Assembly: GCA_963754925.1 (NCBI GenBank)
Contig: CAVWHX010000004.1
Coordinates: forward strand, 384,001 to 448,000
Source: an uncultured delta proteobacterium
Lineage (GTDB): Bacteria > Myxococcota > B64-G9
Reading direction: 5' to 3'
DNA: 64,000 nucleotides
The notes under the pieces are model-generated. The model searched no databases. It saw nothing but the letters and a program-made list of their open reading frames with translations, and had not been told where the DNA came from. The translations under genes and the position numbers were made by a program. Shown piece by piece: positions 18,103 to 27,931 of this stretch. Each line of letters begins with the position of its first letter. Position 1 is the stretch's first letter.

Positions 18103-21100
18103 ATGCTCAGGCTTCTTAGCTCGATCCGCTGGGGGGGGTTCCTATTGGTTGTGTGTCTTGCCGCGGGCATGCTCTATTATTGCAAGACCCACTTAGCCCT
18201 GATCTCCAACATTATATCCCTGCTGCCAGGACAGGATCCGGCAATCGCTGACGCTCAGTACGTTTTTACAACCTATGCCCCGCATGACGTAGTCGTCATT
18301 GACATCGGGCTCGTGTCCGAGCAGGGCACAACCGATGACCTGGTACACACCGCCAATACCCTGAAGAATCAACTTCAGAAAAGCGGTCTATTCACCTCGG
18401 CCGGCAATGATGAAGTTGCGGTCGCCATGCCAGAATTGTATCGGCATGTCGTCGACCATCTTCCCGTCCTTTTCACCGCCGAGGAGTTAGAACGAAACGT
18501 GGCACCATTGCTGAATGCGGAGGAAATTCGCAGCGCGCTTCGGCGTGACCAAGAGCAACTCGGGACGATGGAAGGGATAGGCCAAGCGGAAGCCATTGGC
18601 AAGGATCCGCTTGGCTTGCGGAACCTGGTCCTTTCACGGCTTTCGTCACTCAATATATCACCAGGGGCGCATATCTATAGGAACCATATTATCTCCGCGG
18701 ATGATCGACATCTCCTCCTCATTGGTCATCCGGCTGGATCAGGAACCGACACGATAACCGCGAAGAAGTTAGCAGAACTGATCGAGCAGCTCGACCGGCA
18801 GAATGCCGCCGATACCGCCGCTCAGGGGATTTCGATACAGTTCACGCCAATCGGGGCGTATCGAGCATCCCTTGATAATGAGGCGATCGCCCGGCGCGAT
18901 ACTGAACGTGCGACCCTTTGTTCCACCATCGGCATTGGTGTGCTCCTATTGCTCAGCGCGCCGAGGCCCCTGTTTTCCCTGCTCGCGCTGATGCCCGCAT
19001 TATTCGGCACGATCGCAGCGCTTTTTACCATGGCGCTGGTGAGGGGCTCCCTCTCGATCCTCACCATCGGATTTGGCGGTGCGGTCATATCCTTTACGGT
19101 GGACTACGGTATCATTTTCATACTGTTTCTGGTGCGCCGGGAGGATATGCGAGGGCGGACCGCCGCCCGGGAAATATGGTCAGGGGGAGTGATCGCCACA
19201 CTCACCACCGTGGGTTCCTATGTTGCACTGCTGCTCACCTCGTTTCCGATCTATCGCGAGATAGGTATTTTTGCGGCTCTTGGGGTAGTGTATTCTTTCT
19301 TTTTTGTACAATTTATTTTTCCCAAGATTTTTCCCTTCATGCCAGGTGCACGCTCGACGATTAAGCTGCCCTTTGAGCGGTTGTCACGGGCGATGTACCG
19401 CAGCTCCGGCAGGGTAAGTGCAACACTGATGGTCACCGCCTTCATCGGCATGACATGGTATATGCACCCAACCTTTCAAATCGATATCAACGCCATCAAC
19501 ACCGTGACCAAGCAAACCCTTGAAGCCGAGACCACTATAAAGCGCCGCTGGGGAGACCTGTCGCGTAGGGGGTTCGTGCTCATCGAAGACGCAACCGTCG
19601 GCGGTCTCTTGGAGCGGTCGGATCGCCTTACGGGATTTCTCGTAACGCAACTGCGCCACGGCGCGCTCGCCGACGTTTTCGGCTCCTCAATGGTCTGGCC
19701 GGGAAAGACGATGGCGGAAAGCAACCGCGCCGCATGGTTACGCTTTTGGAGTAGTGAGCGCCTCAAGCGTTTTGAGGGTGATTTTTTACGGGTCGCGGAT
19801 GAGTTGGGCTTTTCGGCGGATTTTTTTGCGGCGTTTCATCGCTCGATTGAAGCGCCCCCACGAGAAGAGTTGCCCATGCCTTCAAGCCTCTTCCCTCTTC
19901 TCGGCATCAAGACTCGACCGGGGGGCGGCTACATGGCAGCCGTGCAGTACCTGCCGAGCACATCGTACAACGCCGAGAACATGTACTATGACATCGCTGA
20001 AGGCGGACTCGGCAGGATGCTCGACTTAAAATGGTTTTCACAAAGGCTCTCGACGGTCATCGGCGACACCTTTACGACCATGCTCATCATCGTGGGAATA
20101 GTCAATCTGCTGATGCTTATTGTCTATTTCATGGATCTGCACCTCATTCTCTTGGCGGCCATGCCCGTAGTTTTTGCGCTGATCGCAACCCTCGGAACCC
20201 TAACGCTCATCGGTCAGGCGGTCGATGTAACGGTCATCATCATGGCAATCGTCAGCCTGGGCATGGGAATCAACTATGGACTCTATTTTATTTGCTCGTA
20301 CCAACGGTACCGCGATGATCGCGGACCCTTCTTCGAGTCGATCGTGCTCGGCGTCTTTCTGGCTGCCACGTCTACCATAATCGGCTTCGGCGGCATGGCG
20401 CTATCGGAACATGCGTTGTTGCGCAGCGCCGGTGTGATCACGATGCTGAGCATTGGTTACTCCATGCTGGCGGCTTTTTTCTTGGTTCCCGTCTTTTTGC
20501 GTCGAATGTATGCCTCGTCGTTCTCTATTGAGGCGATTGCTGAACCCGGCTCCCGGCAGCATCACCGTTTCTTCCGCAAACGGTATCGCCATGCGGAAAC
20601 ATCACCGCGTATGTTTGCATGGTTCAAGACGAAGCTCGACCCCATGTTTCCGGGCCTGGCTCGCAACGTACATCCGGGGGATCGTATCCTCGACATCGGC
20701 AGCGGTTATGGCGTACCGATGGCCTGGCTTGCGACCTGCCGCCCGAACCTCCGTATCGTCGGCGTCGAGCCCGATTACGAGCGCGCACGGATAGCGAATG
20801 GAGCGCTACGCGGTAACGGTTCCGTCGTATTGGGCGCTGCACCCCTGCTTCCCGAGACCGTCGAACCGTTCGATGTTGTATTCATGATCGACAGCGCCCA
20901 TTACCTTTCGAATGAGGCGTTTGCGGCAACGCTGCACGGCGTCTACGAGCGGCTGCACCAGAACGGCCGGTTCATCCTTCGGGCGACCGTGCCATCCGCC
21001 CGAGGCGTTCACTTCTACCGATGCCATGAAGTGTTACGCCAGAAGTTGCGCGACATTCCCTGCTACTATCGTCCAGCAGCTGAAATCAAAAACGCCCTGG

Positions 21101-21204
21101 AACAAGCGGGATTTATGATAGAGCGCATAGCGCCCGCAGCGCCAGGCCGAGAGGAGACTTGGTTTTATGCGCGACCAGGTCCCGAGCAAAGGCGTACGCC
21201 GTGA
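18103..21204 (+). CDS. MMPL/RND lipid exporter fused to a C-terminal class I SAM methyltransferase
   Basis: Two TM blocks (TVDYGI, GMGINYG) with periplasmic loops, and C-terminal ILDIGSGYG. Confidence 0.85.
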   Translation: MLRLLSSIRWGGFLLVVCLAAGMLYYCKTHLALISNIISLLPGQDPAIADAQYVFTTYAPHDVVVIDIGLVSEQGTTDDLVHTANTLKNQLQKSGLFTSAGNDEVAVAMPELYRHVVDHLPVLFTAEELERNVAPLLNAEEIRSALRRDQEQLGTMEGIGQAEAIGKDPLGLRNLVLSRLSSLNISPGAHIYRNHIISADDRHLLLIGHPAGSGTDTITAKKLAELIEQLDRQNAADTAAQGISIQFTPIGAYRASLDNEAIARRDTERATLCSTIGIGVLLLLSAPRPLFSLLALMPALFGTIAALFTMALVRGSLSILTIGFGGAVISFTVDYGIIFILFLVRREDMRGRTAAREIWSGGVIATLTTVGSYVALLLTSFPIYREIGIFAALGVVYSFFFVQFIFPKIFPFMPGARSTIKLPFERLSRAMYRSSGRVSATLMVTAFIGMTWYMHPTFQIDINAINTVTKQTLEAETTIKRRWGDLSRRGFVLIEDATVGGLLERSDRLTGFLVTQLRHGALADVFGSSMVWPGKTMAESNRAAWLRFWSSERLKRFEGDFLRVADELGFSADFFAAFHRSIEAPPREELPMPSSLFPLLGIKTRPGGGYMAAVQYLPSTSYNAENMYYDIAEGGLGRMLDLKWFSQRLSTVIGDTFTTMLIIVGIVNLLMLIVYFMDLHLILLAAMPVVFALIATLGTLTLIGQAVDVTVIIMAIVSLGMGINYGLYFICSYQRYRDDRGPFFESIVLGVFLAATSTIIGFGGMALSEHALLRSAGVITMLSIGYSMLAAFFLVPVFLRRMYASSFSIEAIAEPGSRQHHRFFRKRYRHAETSPRMFAWFKTKLDPMFPGLARNVHPGDRILDIGSGYGVPMAWLATCRPNLRIVGVEPDYERARIANGALRGNGSVVLGAAPLLPETVEPFDVVFMIDSAHYLSNEAFAATLHGVYERLHQNGRFILRATVPSARGVHFYRCHEVLRQKLRDIPCYYRPAAEIKNALEQAGFMIERIAPAAPGREETWFYARPGPEQRRTP

Positions 21205-22122
21205 CCGGGTGGTTGTACCAGCTCTTGAAAGTACTGGGCCGGATTTTTGGCCTGTGGATGGCGCGGGTCGTGGCACGGATCATCGCCTGCGGCTATTTTA
21301 TGTTCGCCCGTACGCGGGTACGAAACAGCCTGACTTTTTACCGGGCGCTCTTTCCCGGTCAGCCTGGATGGCGTTATTACGTGCATGTCTTCAAGCAATT
21401 CCAGGCATTCTCCCGTCTGTATATTGACCGCCTTCGTTTCCGGCAGCGAAAGCGGCCTTCACTATGCAACTGAAGGTGATGAGTTTCTACAAGCGCTCTC
21501 GCGGGAGAATACCGGGTGCGTGTTTCTGATGTCACACCTGGGCAACTGGGAGGCGGCGGCACGCTGCTCCCTTGCGCAGGGCCACCGTCTCATGATTTAC
21601 ATGGGCCGCCGTGAAACTGAGCACATCGAGCATGAGCAAAAGCAGGATCTCATTCATGCGGGAGTCAAGCTCGTGACCGTCAGCGACTCGGAATCCTCGC
21701 CCTTCGACCTCATCGATGGCATGGGGTTCATTCAGGATGGCGGTTTCGTCGCACTGCCCGCTGATCGGTTCTGGACTTCCCAGCAACGGGAGGTGCCGGC
21801 TACCTTCCTGGGGCGCCAGGTGGTGTTACCCGCCGCCCCGTATGCCCTGGCGCTGGCGACCGGTGTGGCCGTGTGCGCGTTCTTTTGTATCCGGACGAGC
21901 TCCGGAACGTTTAAGATCATGTTTACCGAACCGCTCACCCTCCATGCTACGACTCGCGAAGAACGTGAGACGATGATTCAAGCCGGAGCTGCCTACTACG
22001 TGCGTGAGCTTGAGAGGATGCTGAGACGGTATCCACACCAATGGGGTACCTTTGCACCGTTCCTGGGAGAGCCAGTAATCCGATTGGACGGAACTAATCC
22101 CGACACCAGTGGTGGTATTTGA
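21201..22122 (+). CDS. LpxL/HtrB-like lipid acyltransferase, +1 frameshift near 21440
   Basis: GTG overlaps the MMPL stop. SHLGNWE, ALPADR and YPHQW motifs. Extra C in TTCCGGC. Confidence 0.85.
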
Positions 22123-22964
22123 TGCCGGGACGCTCGGTTGATTGTCGATGGGCAACGCACATGCGTTTTGTTAACAAAGACCTCATATTTCTCTTGATGG
22201 CATTACTGATGGCCGGGGTTCTGGCCGCTCTTAATCCATGGCTCATGCTCGTGCCCCTGATCGCATTTGCGACTTTACACGTTACCGCCGCATTTCTTCC
22301 CGGTTTGAGCTATTTTTTTCCAGTCGTCAGCCATGGACCACGCTCGAGAACCGCTGTTGCGTTGAGTTTTGACGATGGACCGCATGCCGAGACGACACCA
22401 CGGCTGCTCGATCTCTTGGATCGCTATAATCTCAAGACAACCTTCTTCGTGACCGGCGTGGCTGCCCAGGCTCATGCGGATCTGATTACAAAAATCCTGC
22501 AACGGGGCCATGATATCGGGAACCACTCTATGCACCATGATGTGTTTTTAGCATTGCGCCGTCCGTACCGTATTGATCGCGAGGTCGGCGATTGTCAGCA
22601 CGAGCTCATGGCTTTCGGTGTTGAACCACTGGCTTTTAGACCGCCGGTTGGAATAACACCCCCGTCGTTCGCCGCGGTTCTTGCGCGGCACGGTCTATAT
22701 TGTCTCGCTTTTTCCTGCAGGGCAAACGACTGGGGCAACCGATACATTAAGAACCTGAGCACTAAGATTCTTGCCCGAGCACGGTCTGGCGATATCGTCC
22801 TGTTGCATGATAGGCCGGTCCGACCCCCGGCAACCATGGACGAGTTTCTCTCCCATATCGAGGTAATCATCACGGGCTTACGGGCAAAGGGACTGGACAT
22901 CATCCCCCTCGCTGAACTCATTGGCAGACCGGTAATGAGAAAAACGGTGACATCATATACCTAA
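22119..22964 (+). CDS. Polysaccharide deacetylase family protein (CE4)
   Basis: ALSFDDGP, GNHSMHH, FRPPVG and DIVLLHD. Confidence 0.9.
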   Translation: MMPGRSVDCRWATHMRFVNKDLIFLLMALLMAGVLAALNPWLMLVPLIAFATLHVTAAFLPGLSYFFPVVSHGPRSRTAVALSFDDGPHAETTPRLLDLLDRYNLKTTFFVTGVAAQAHADLITKILQRGHDIGNHSMHHDVFLALRRPYRIDREVGDCQHELMAFGVEPLAFRPPVGITPPSFAAVLARHGLYCLAFSCRANDWGNRYIKNLSTKILARARSGDIVLLHDRPVRPPATMDEFLSHIEVIITGLRAKGLDIIPLAELIGRPVMRKTVTSYT

Positions 22965-23126
22965 TCAGCATGGTGCAGCTTTGACCCAGTATCTTGTGCA
23001 GGCACTTTCTTAAGTGTTGACTTGGTGTTGAGTTCGATTAAATTAGCCTTCACGGCTTTCTCGTGTGATCAGCGATGGTTTCAACGTAACGCGCACAGAA
23101 ATGGAATCCAGATAGGAGATTTACGA

Positions 23127-23384
23127 ATGCCGCAGCATGACTCCGCGTCAATCATCTTGAAAGTGGCCGAAATCATCATCAACGAGCTTAAACTCGAAGA
23201 CATTACGCCGAAAACGTTCGAACCCGACCTCGACCTTATTGATGAACTTGGCATTGACAGTATGGACCTGACGGCCATTGTCCTGTTTTTGCAGGATGAG
23301 TTTGGCGTAACCATCAATGAAGACGACTATCCAAAGCTCAAAACACTGCGAGCCATCGCCGGCTACATTGAGGAGAGAATCTGA
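23127..23384 (+). CDS. acpP: Acyl carrier protein 1
   Basis: LGIDSMD phosphopantetheine motif and RBS AGGAG. Confidence 0.9.
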   Translation: MPQHDSASIILKVAEIIINELKLEDITPKTFEPDLDLIDELGIDSMDLTAIVLFLQDEFGVTINEDDYPKLKTLRAIAGYIEERI

Positions 23385-23501
23385 CACAATACGAAGGCCC
23401 GTCGCGCTACCACCTCGTTGCTTGCAGTTCCGGCATCGTTGGCTGGCGCACAAGCTACTTGACCAACCATTTCAAACCAACGGATAAAAGGTTTCGCTAC
23501 C

Positions 23502-23768
23502 ATGCCTGACCACGACCAGCTTTTCAACGAACTCGTACGAAAGTTCAGAGAAACTCTCAATCTCGAGCGCCTCCAGAATGCTCGCATCGACTATGCCACG
23601 CAGCTTATTGGCTCCGATTTGGGCATCGATTCCATCGATATTCTCGAACTCGTCATGATGCTTGAGAAGGACTATGGCGTGAAAATAGACAACAAGGAGA
23701 TGGGGCAACGAGTATTTCAGACCTTTGAGACACTAGTGGAATTTGTTGCTCAGAACCGTATCAGATAG
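23502..23768 (+). CDS. acpP: Acyl carrier protein 2
   Basis: LGIDSIDILE...KDYGVKI. Confidence 0.9.
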   Translation: MPDHDQLFNELVRKFRETLNLERLQNARIDYATQLIGSDLGIDSIDILELVMMLEKDYGVKIDNKEMGQRVFQTFETLVEFVAQNRIR

Positions 23769-23776
23769 AAGTTATA

Positions 23777-25939
23777 ATGCGTTTTCAGCGGGTCTTCGTC
23801 ACGGGAATGGGTATCGTAAGCCCCGGCGGATGTAACGTAGCGGACATTCTCGATTCACTGCTGGTCGGCAAACGTTGTCTTAAACCGCTGACCCTTTTCC
23901 CGCTTGCACGGGGAACTCCCCTGCCGGTAGGAGAAATCGATCAGGTTAATACCGACTCGACGATGCCGCGCACGCACACCCTGGCACTCAGGGCGGCTCG
24001 AGAAGCCGTTGCGCAGGCGAGCCGCATACCGGATGCGATCATCGTTGGGGTAACAACGGGCGGCATGTCGTTGACCGAGGTACGGTTTAAATCAAACGTG
24101 TCCGATCCGACGGCGTATCGCTGGCATGGTTTCGGAACGGTGGCCACCTATGTTGCCGAACAGATTGGCTGCCTAGGGCCGGCGCTTACGGTATCCACCG
24201 CGTGTTCAAGCGGCGCGGCAGCTATAGCCCTTGGCCTGGCATGTATCAGGTCCGGCATCGCGCGTTGCGTCCTCGCTGGCGGCGCGGACGGACTCTGCCG
24301 CATGACCTATCACGGATTCAATAGTCTGCAGCTTATCGATCCTTCGGGAGCTCGGCCGATGGACCAGCTCCGCAACGGTATGTCCCTGAGCGAGGGGGCC
24401 GGCATGCTGGTGCTCGAGTGCGGCGAAGAAGCCCCCGAGTCGGCATGGGGAGAGCTTTGCGGGGCAGGCCTGTCCTGCGATGCCTACCATCCGGCCGCAC
24501 CACATCCCGAGGGAGAAGGCGCGGTTCGTGCCATGCGCGAGGCACTGCACGATGCGGGCGTCGATCCTGCTGCGGTCGGCTACCTTAACCTGCATGGCAC
24601 GGGAACGAGGGATAATGACGCCGCCGAGGCGAAAGCCGTAGCGACCGTATTCGGTCCGGCGGGGGTGCCGGTATCTTCGGTCAAGGGTGCGCTTGGACAC
24701 TCCCTTGGCGCCGCAGGCGCTATCGAGGCTATCGTATCAATCCTGGCTTTGCACGAGGGATTCCTTCCGCCAACCGTTGGCTGCACCGTGCCGGATAGCT
24801 CTTTTTCGCTCGCGTTGGTACAGCAGACACAGAAAAAAGACCTTTCGATTGTCGCCTCAAATTCTTTCGGTTTCGGCGGCAACAATGCAACACTCGTGTT
24901 GAGCAAGCCGCGATGCACTACTCCGGCTATCCGAAAGCTACGTCGAAATACCTTATCCATTGTCAACGCCGTATGTGTATCAGGTAAGGGATTGACCGAT
25001 GAGACCTTGAGAGCATTTGAAAATGGAAAGAGTATCAGTGGTCAGCTGCCGACTGAAACCGTATCGGCCGGCCTCCCACCGGCGCACCTGCGGCGGCTCA
25101 AACGCATTTTTCATTTGACTCTCAAACTGGCCGTGGAGGCCCAGGCTGCGGCCGGAATAGGTAGCCCCAATGCGATAGTGCTCGGCAGTGCCTGGGGTGC
25201 GCTGACAGAGACCCATGACTTTCTCCATAAACTTTTCTCGAGCGATGAACAGTTCCCAAGCCCCACGGATTTCGTCAACTCGGTGCACAACGCGCCCGCT
25301 GCTCAGGTCGCCCTGTTGCTTAAGGCATACGGGCCTGCGATCACCGTAACCGGCGGTCCGACGTCTTTCGAGCAGGCGCTGCTGACTGCGAGCGTGATTG
25401 GCCACGAGGGCAAGAAGATTTTGCTCATCGGCGTGGACGAGTGGCACCCGGTGCTCTCGCCGCTGTTCGATCCCTGCGCGACTCCCGCGTCCGACGGCGG
25501 CGGCGCGTTTGTTCTCGAAGTCGGCTCACGCCCAGGCAACCTGCAGCTCGATCCGATCTTTTATCAGGGGTACCATGTCGAAGCGATTGAGTTTCTTATT
25601 GCGGCGCTCGGCGGCCCGCGCGCAGTGAACGAGCGCGCTGGGGCAATTCTTGCGGGCCTCCCGAAGGGTTGCGCGCACGATGCGCACGATCAGTGCAAAC
25701 GTTTTGTTGAAAAGACTTGCTTTGCCGGCCCGGTGATCGATTATCGGAACTACACCGGTCATCACGGCAGCGCAAGCGCAGTGGCTGCCGTGATGGCGGC
25801 TCGTCTACGAGCCGCGGGAAAACTCACGGCCCCTCTGGGCTCGGGCGTCACTGTCGAGCTCGGCGATCGGGATCTTTTATTACTAGGATTTGGCGATGTC
25901 GTCACTGCCGTCGCCATACGCGGCGGACGCACCCGATGA
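23777..25939 (+). CDS. Ketosynthase fused to a chain-length-factor-like domain
   Basis: N-terminal STACSSG, LHGTGT, GHSLG and SNSFGFGG. C-terminal SPTDFVNSVHNAPA with no obvious catalytic triad. Confidence 0.87.
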   Translation: MRFQRVFVTGMGIVSPGGCNVADILDSLLVGKRCLKPLTLFPLARGTPLPVGEIDQVNTDSTMPRTHTLALRAAREAVAQASRIPDAIIVGVTTGGMSLTEVRFKSNVSDPTAYRWHGFGTVATYVAEQIGCLGPALTVSTACSSGAAAIALGLACIRSGIARCVLAGGADGLCRMTYHGFNSLQLIDPSGARPMDQLRNGMSLSEGAGMLVLECGEEAPESAWGELCGAGLSCDAYHPAAPHPEGEGAVRAMREALHDAGVDPAAVGYLNLHGTGTRDNDAAEAKAVATVFGPAGVPVSSVKGALGHSLGAAGAIEAIVSILALHEGFLPPTVGCTVPDSSFSLALVQQTQKKDLSIVASNSFGFGGNNATLVLSKPRCTTPAIRKLRRNTLSIVNAVCVSGKGLTDETLRAFENGKSISGQLPTETVSAGLPPAHLRRLKRIFHLTLKLAVEAQAAAGIGSPNAIVLGSAWGALTETHDFLHKLFSSDEQFPSPTDFVNSVHNAPAAQVALLLKAYGPAITVTGGPTSFEQALLTASVIGHEGKKILLIGVDEWHPVLSPLFDPCATPASDGGGAFVLEVGSRPGNLQLDPIFYQGYHVEAIEFLIAALGGPRAVNERAGAILAGLPKGCAHDAHDQCKRFVEKTCFAGPVIDYRNYTGHHGSASAVAAVMAARLRAAGKLTAPLGSGVTVELGDRDLLLLGFGDVVTAVAIRGGRTR

Positions 25940-25951
25940 CCACGAAGGAAT

Positions 25952-27515
25952 GTGATGCACCACGATAGCAAGAACATGTCCGCTGAGGGCTTGGTTATCG
26001 GCGAAGGCCCCATTCCCCTCCGACGTATTGTTTCCGTCGCGGCCGGTAATGGGTTTGTGCGTATCAGCAACAACTCTGACTTCCTGCAAAAGATTAATGC
26101 TTCCCGTGAGAAACTCCATGCTGCGCTCACCGCGGGGGTACCGATCTATGGCGTCACCACCGGCTATGGTCAATCGTGCGGTAACCGGATAGACGCGCTC
26201 GCCGCAGCAGAATTGGGGAACAATCTTATTCGATATCATGGCTGCGGGACTGGTGATCTCCTGCCAATCGGCAGAAACCCGTGCCGCGATGCTCTGCCGT
26301 TTGGTGAGTCTTGCCCAGGGATTTTCAGGTGTGTCGGAACAGCTCCTTCAGCACCTTGCCGCCTTGATAAATGCCAACATCACCCCGCTTGTTCCGTCGA
26401 TCGGTTCAGTCGGCGCCTCGGGTGATCTTACCCCGATGTCCTATATTGCCGCAGTATTACAAGGTGAGCAGAGGGTGCAGTACCAAGACCGCACTATGAT
26501 GGCGGCCGAAGCACTGCAACTGGCCGGACTTACGCCCTACCGGTTTGGCTACAAAGAACAACTTTCGACGCTCAATGGCACTTCGATTATGACCGGTATA
26601 GCCGCTACCGCGGTTGAGCGCAGCCGGGTGCTGCTGCAGGCCGCCTCGGTGGCGACGGCATGTTCACTGCATGCGCTGGCTGGTCATGTGCAGCAGTTCC
26701 ACCCGACGCTCGTCAATGCAAAACCTCACCCGGGCCAACAGCGCATCGGATCGCTCCTGCGCAGCTTGCTCCACGGCGATCGGGACGTGCATGAATCGTC
26801 GACCGATGAAACACTCCAGGACCCTTACTCGATCCGTTGCGCCCCGCAGATTTTAGGTGTCCTTGCCGATGGTCTTGATTGGATCGGTCGGTGGGTGGAG
26901 AACGAGATAAATAGCTGCAACGACAACCCGCTTACCGATCCGAATGGCGGTATGCTCATGGGCGGCAACTTTTATGGCGGCCATATCGCCTTCGCCATGG
27001 ACAGCCTTAAAAACGCACTCGCCACGGTGGCTGACCTGGCGGACCGTCAAATCGCTTTGCTGGTGGATCAGCGATTCAGCCGCGGCCTGCCCATGGGGCT
27101 CACGGTCGCCAACACCGGCGAGAAAGCGGTGCATCATGGGTTTAAGGCCATGCAGATCACGGCCTCGGCGCTCTGCGCAGAAGCGCAAAAGAATACCATG
27201 CCGGCGATGTCATTTTCCCGCTCCACCGAATCGCACAATCAAGACATCGTTAGCCAGGGAACGCTCGCCGCGCGCGACGCCAGTCGACAGTGCCTGTTGG
27301 TTGGAAAAGTGATCGCGATCGGTTTGTTGGCGGCGGTACAAGCGTGCGAGATCCGCGGCAAGCTCGACGCGCGGCCACAACTTCAGCTCATTGCTAAAAA
27401 GATACGGGCGCTCTCGCCGGTCGTGCTCGTCGATCGCCCGCTCGACAAGGATATTGACGCAATTGACGAAGCCCTGGGCACCATCTGCTCGGGGCTTGAG
27501 GACACCAACGGATGA
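25952..27515 (+). CDS. MIO-dependent aromatic amino acid ammonia-lyase (HAL/PAL/TAL family), +1 frameshift near 26270
   Basis: YGVTTGYG, GSVGASGDL (ASG MIO), QDPYSIRC, GGNFYG and HNQDIVS. Extra G in ATCGGCA. Confidence 0.9.
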
Positions 27516-27931
27516 ACGATCGCCCAAAAGTCTCTGCGACCATACGTCTAAAAGTGCCTTTTTATGACGTTGACCCTCTCAACGTAGTTTGGCATGGTCA
27601 CTATCTAAAATATTTTGAAGCGGCCCGCGATGCCCTCTTTGAAAAGTGCGGCGTCGACTTGGTTGCGTACCATCAAAAAACCGGTATTTTGTTCCCTATT
27701 ATTCGTAGTTCCGTCAAACACATCCAGCCGCTGGTCTACAAGCAGGAGTTCCTGTGCACCGCTATCGTGAGGGAGGCCAAAAGAAAGATCGTGCTTGATT
27801 TCGAAATATCATTACCGACTGATGGCGTCGTCTGCGCCAGAGGGTTTACCGAACAAGTAGCCGTGCACACCCCGACCAGGAGGCTTGAACTGCGTATTCC
27901 CGAAGACATCGGACGAGCGCTGGGGAGTTGA
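27512..27931 (+). CDS. Acyl-CoA/ACP thioesterase (4HBT/YbgC hotdog)
   Basis: VPFYDVDPLNVVWHGHYLKYFEAAR. Confidence 0.9.
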   Translation: MNDRPKVSATIRLKVPFYDVDPLNVVWHGHYLKYFEAARDALFEKCGVDLVAYHQKTGILFPIIRSSVKHIQPLVYKQEFLCTAIVREAKRKIVLDFEISLPTDGVVCARGFTEQVAVHTPTRRLELRIPEDIGRALGS

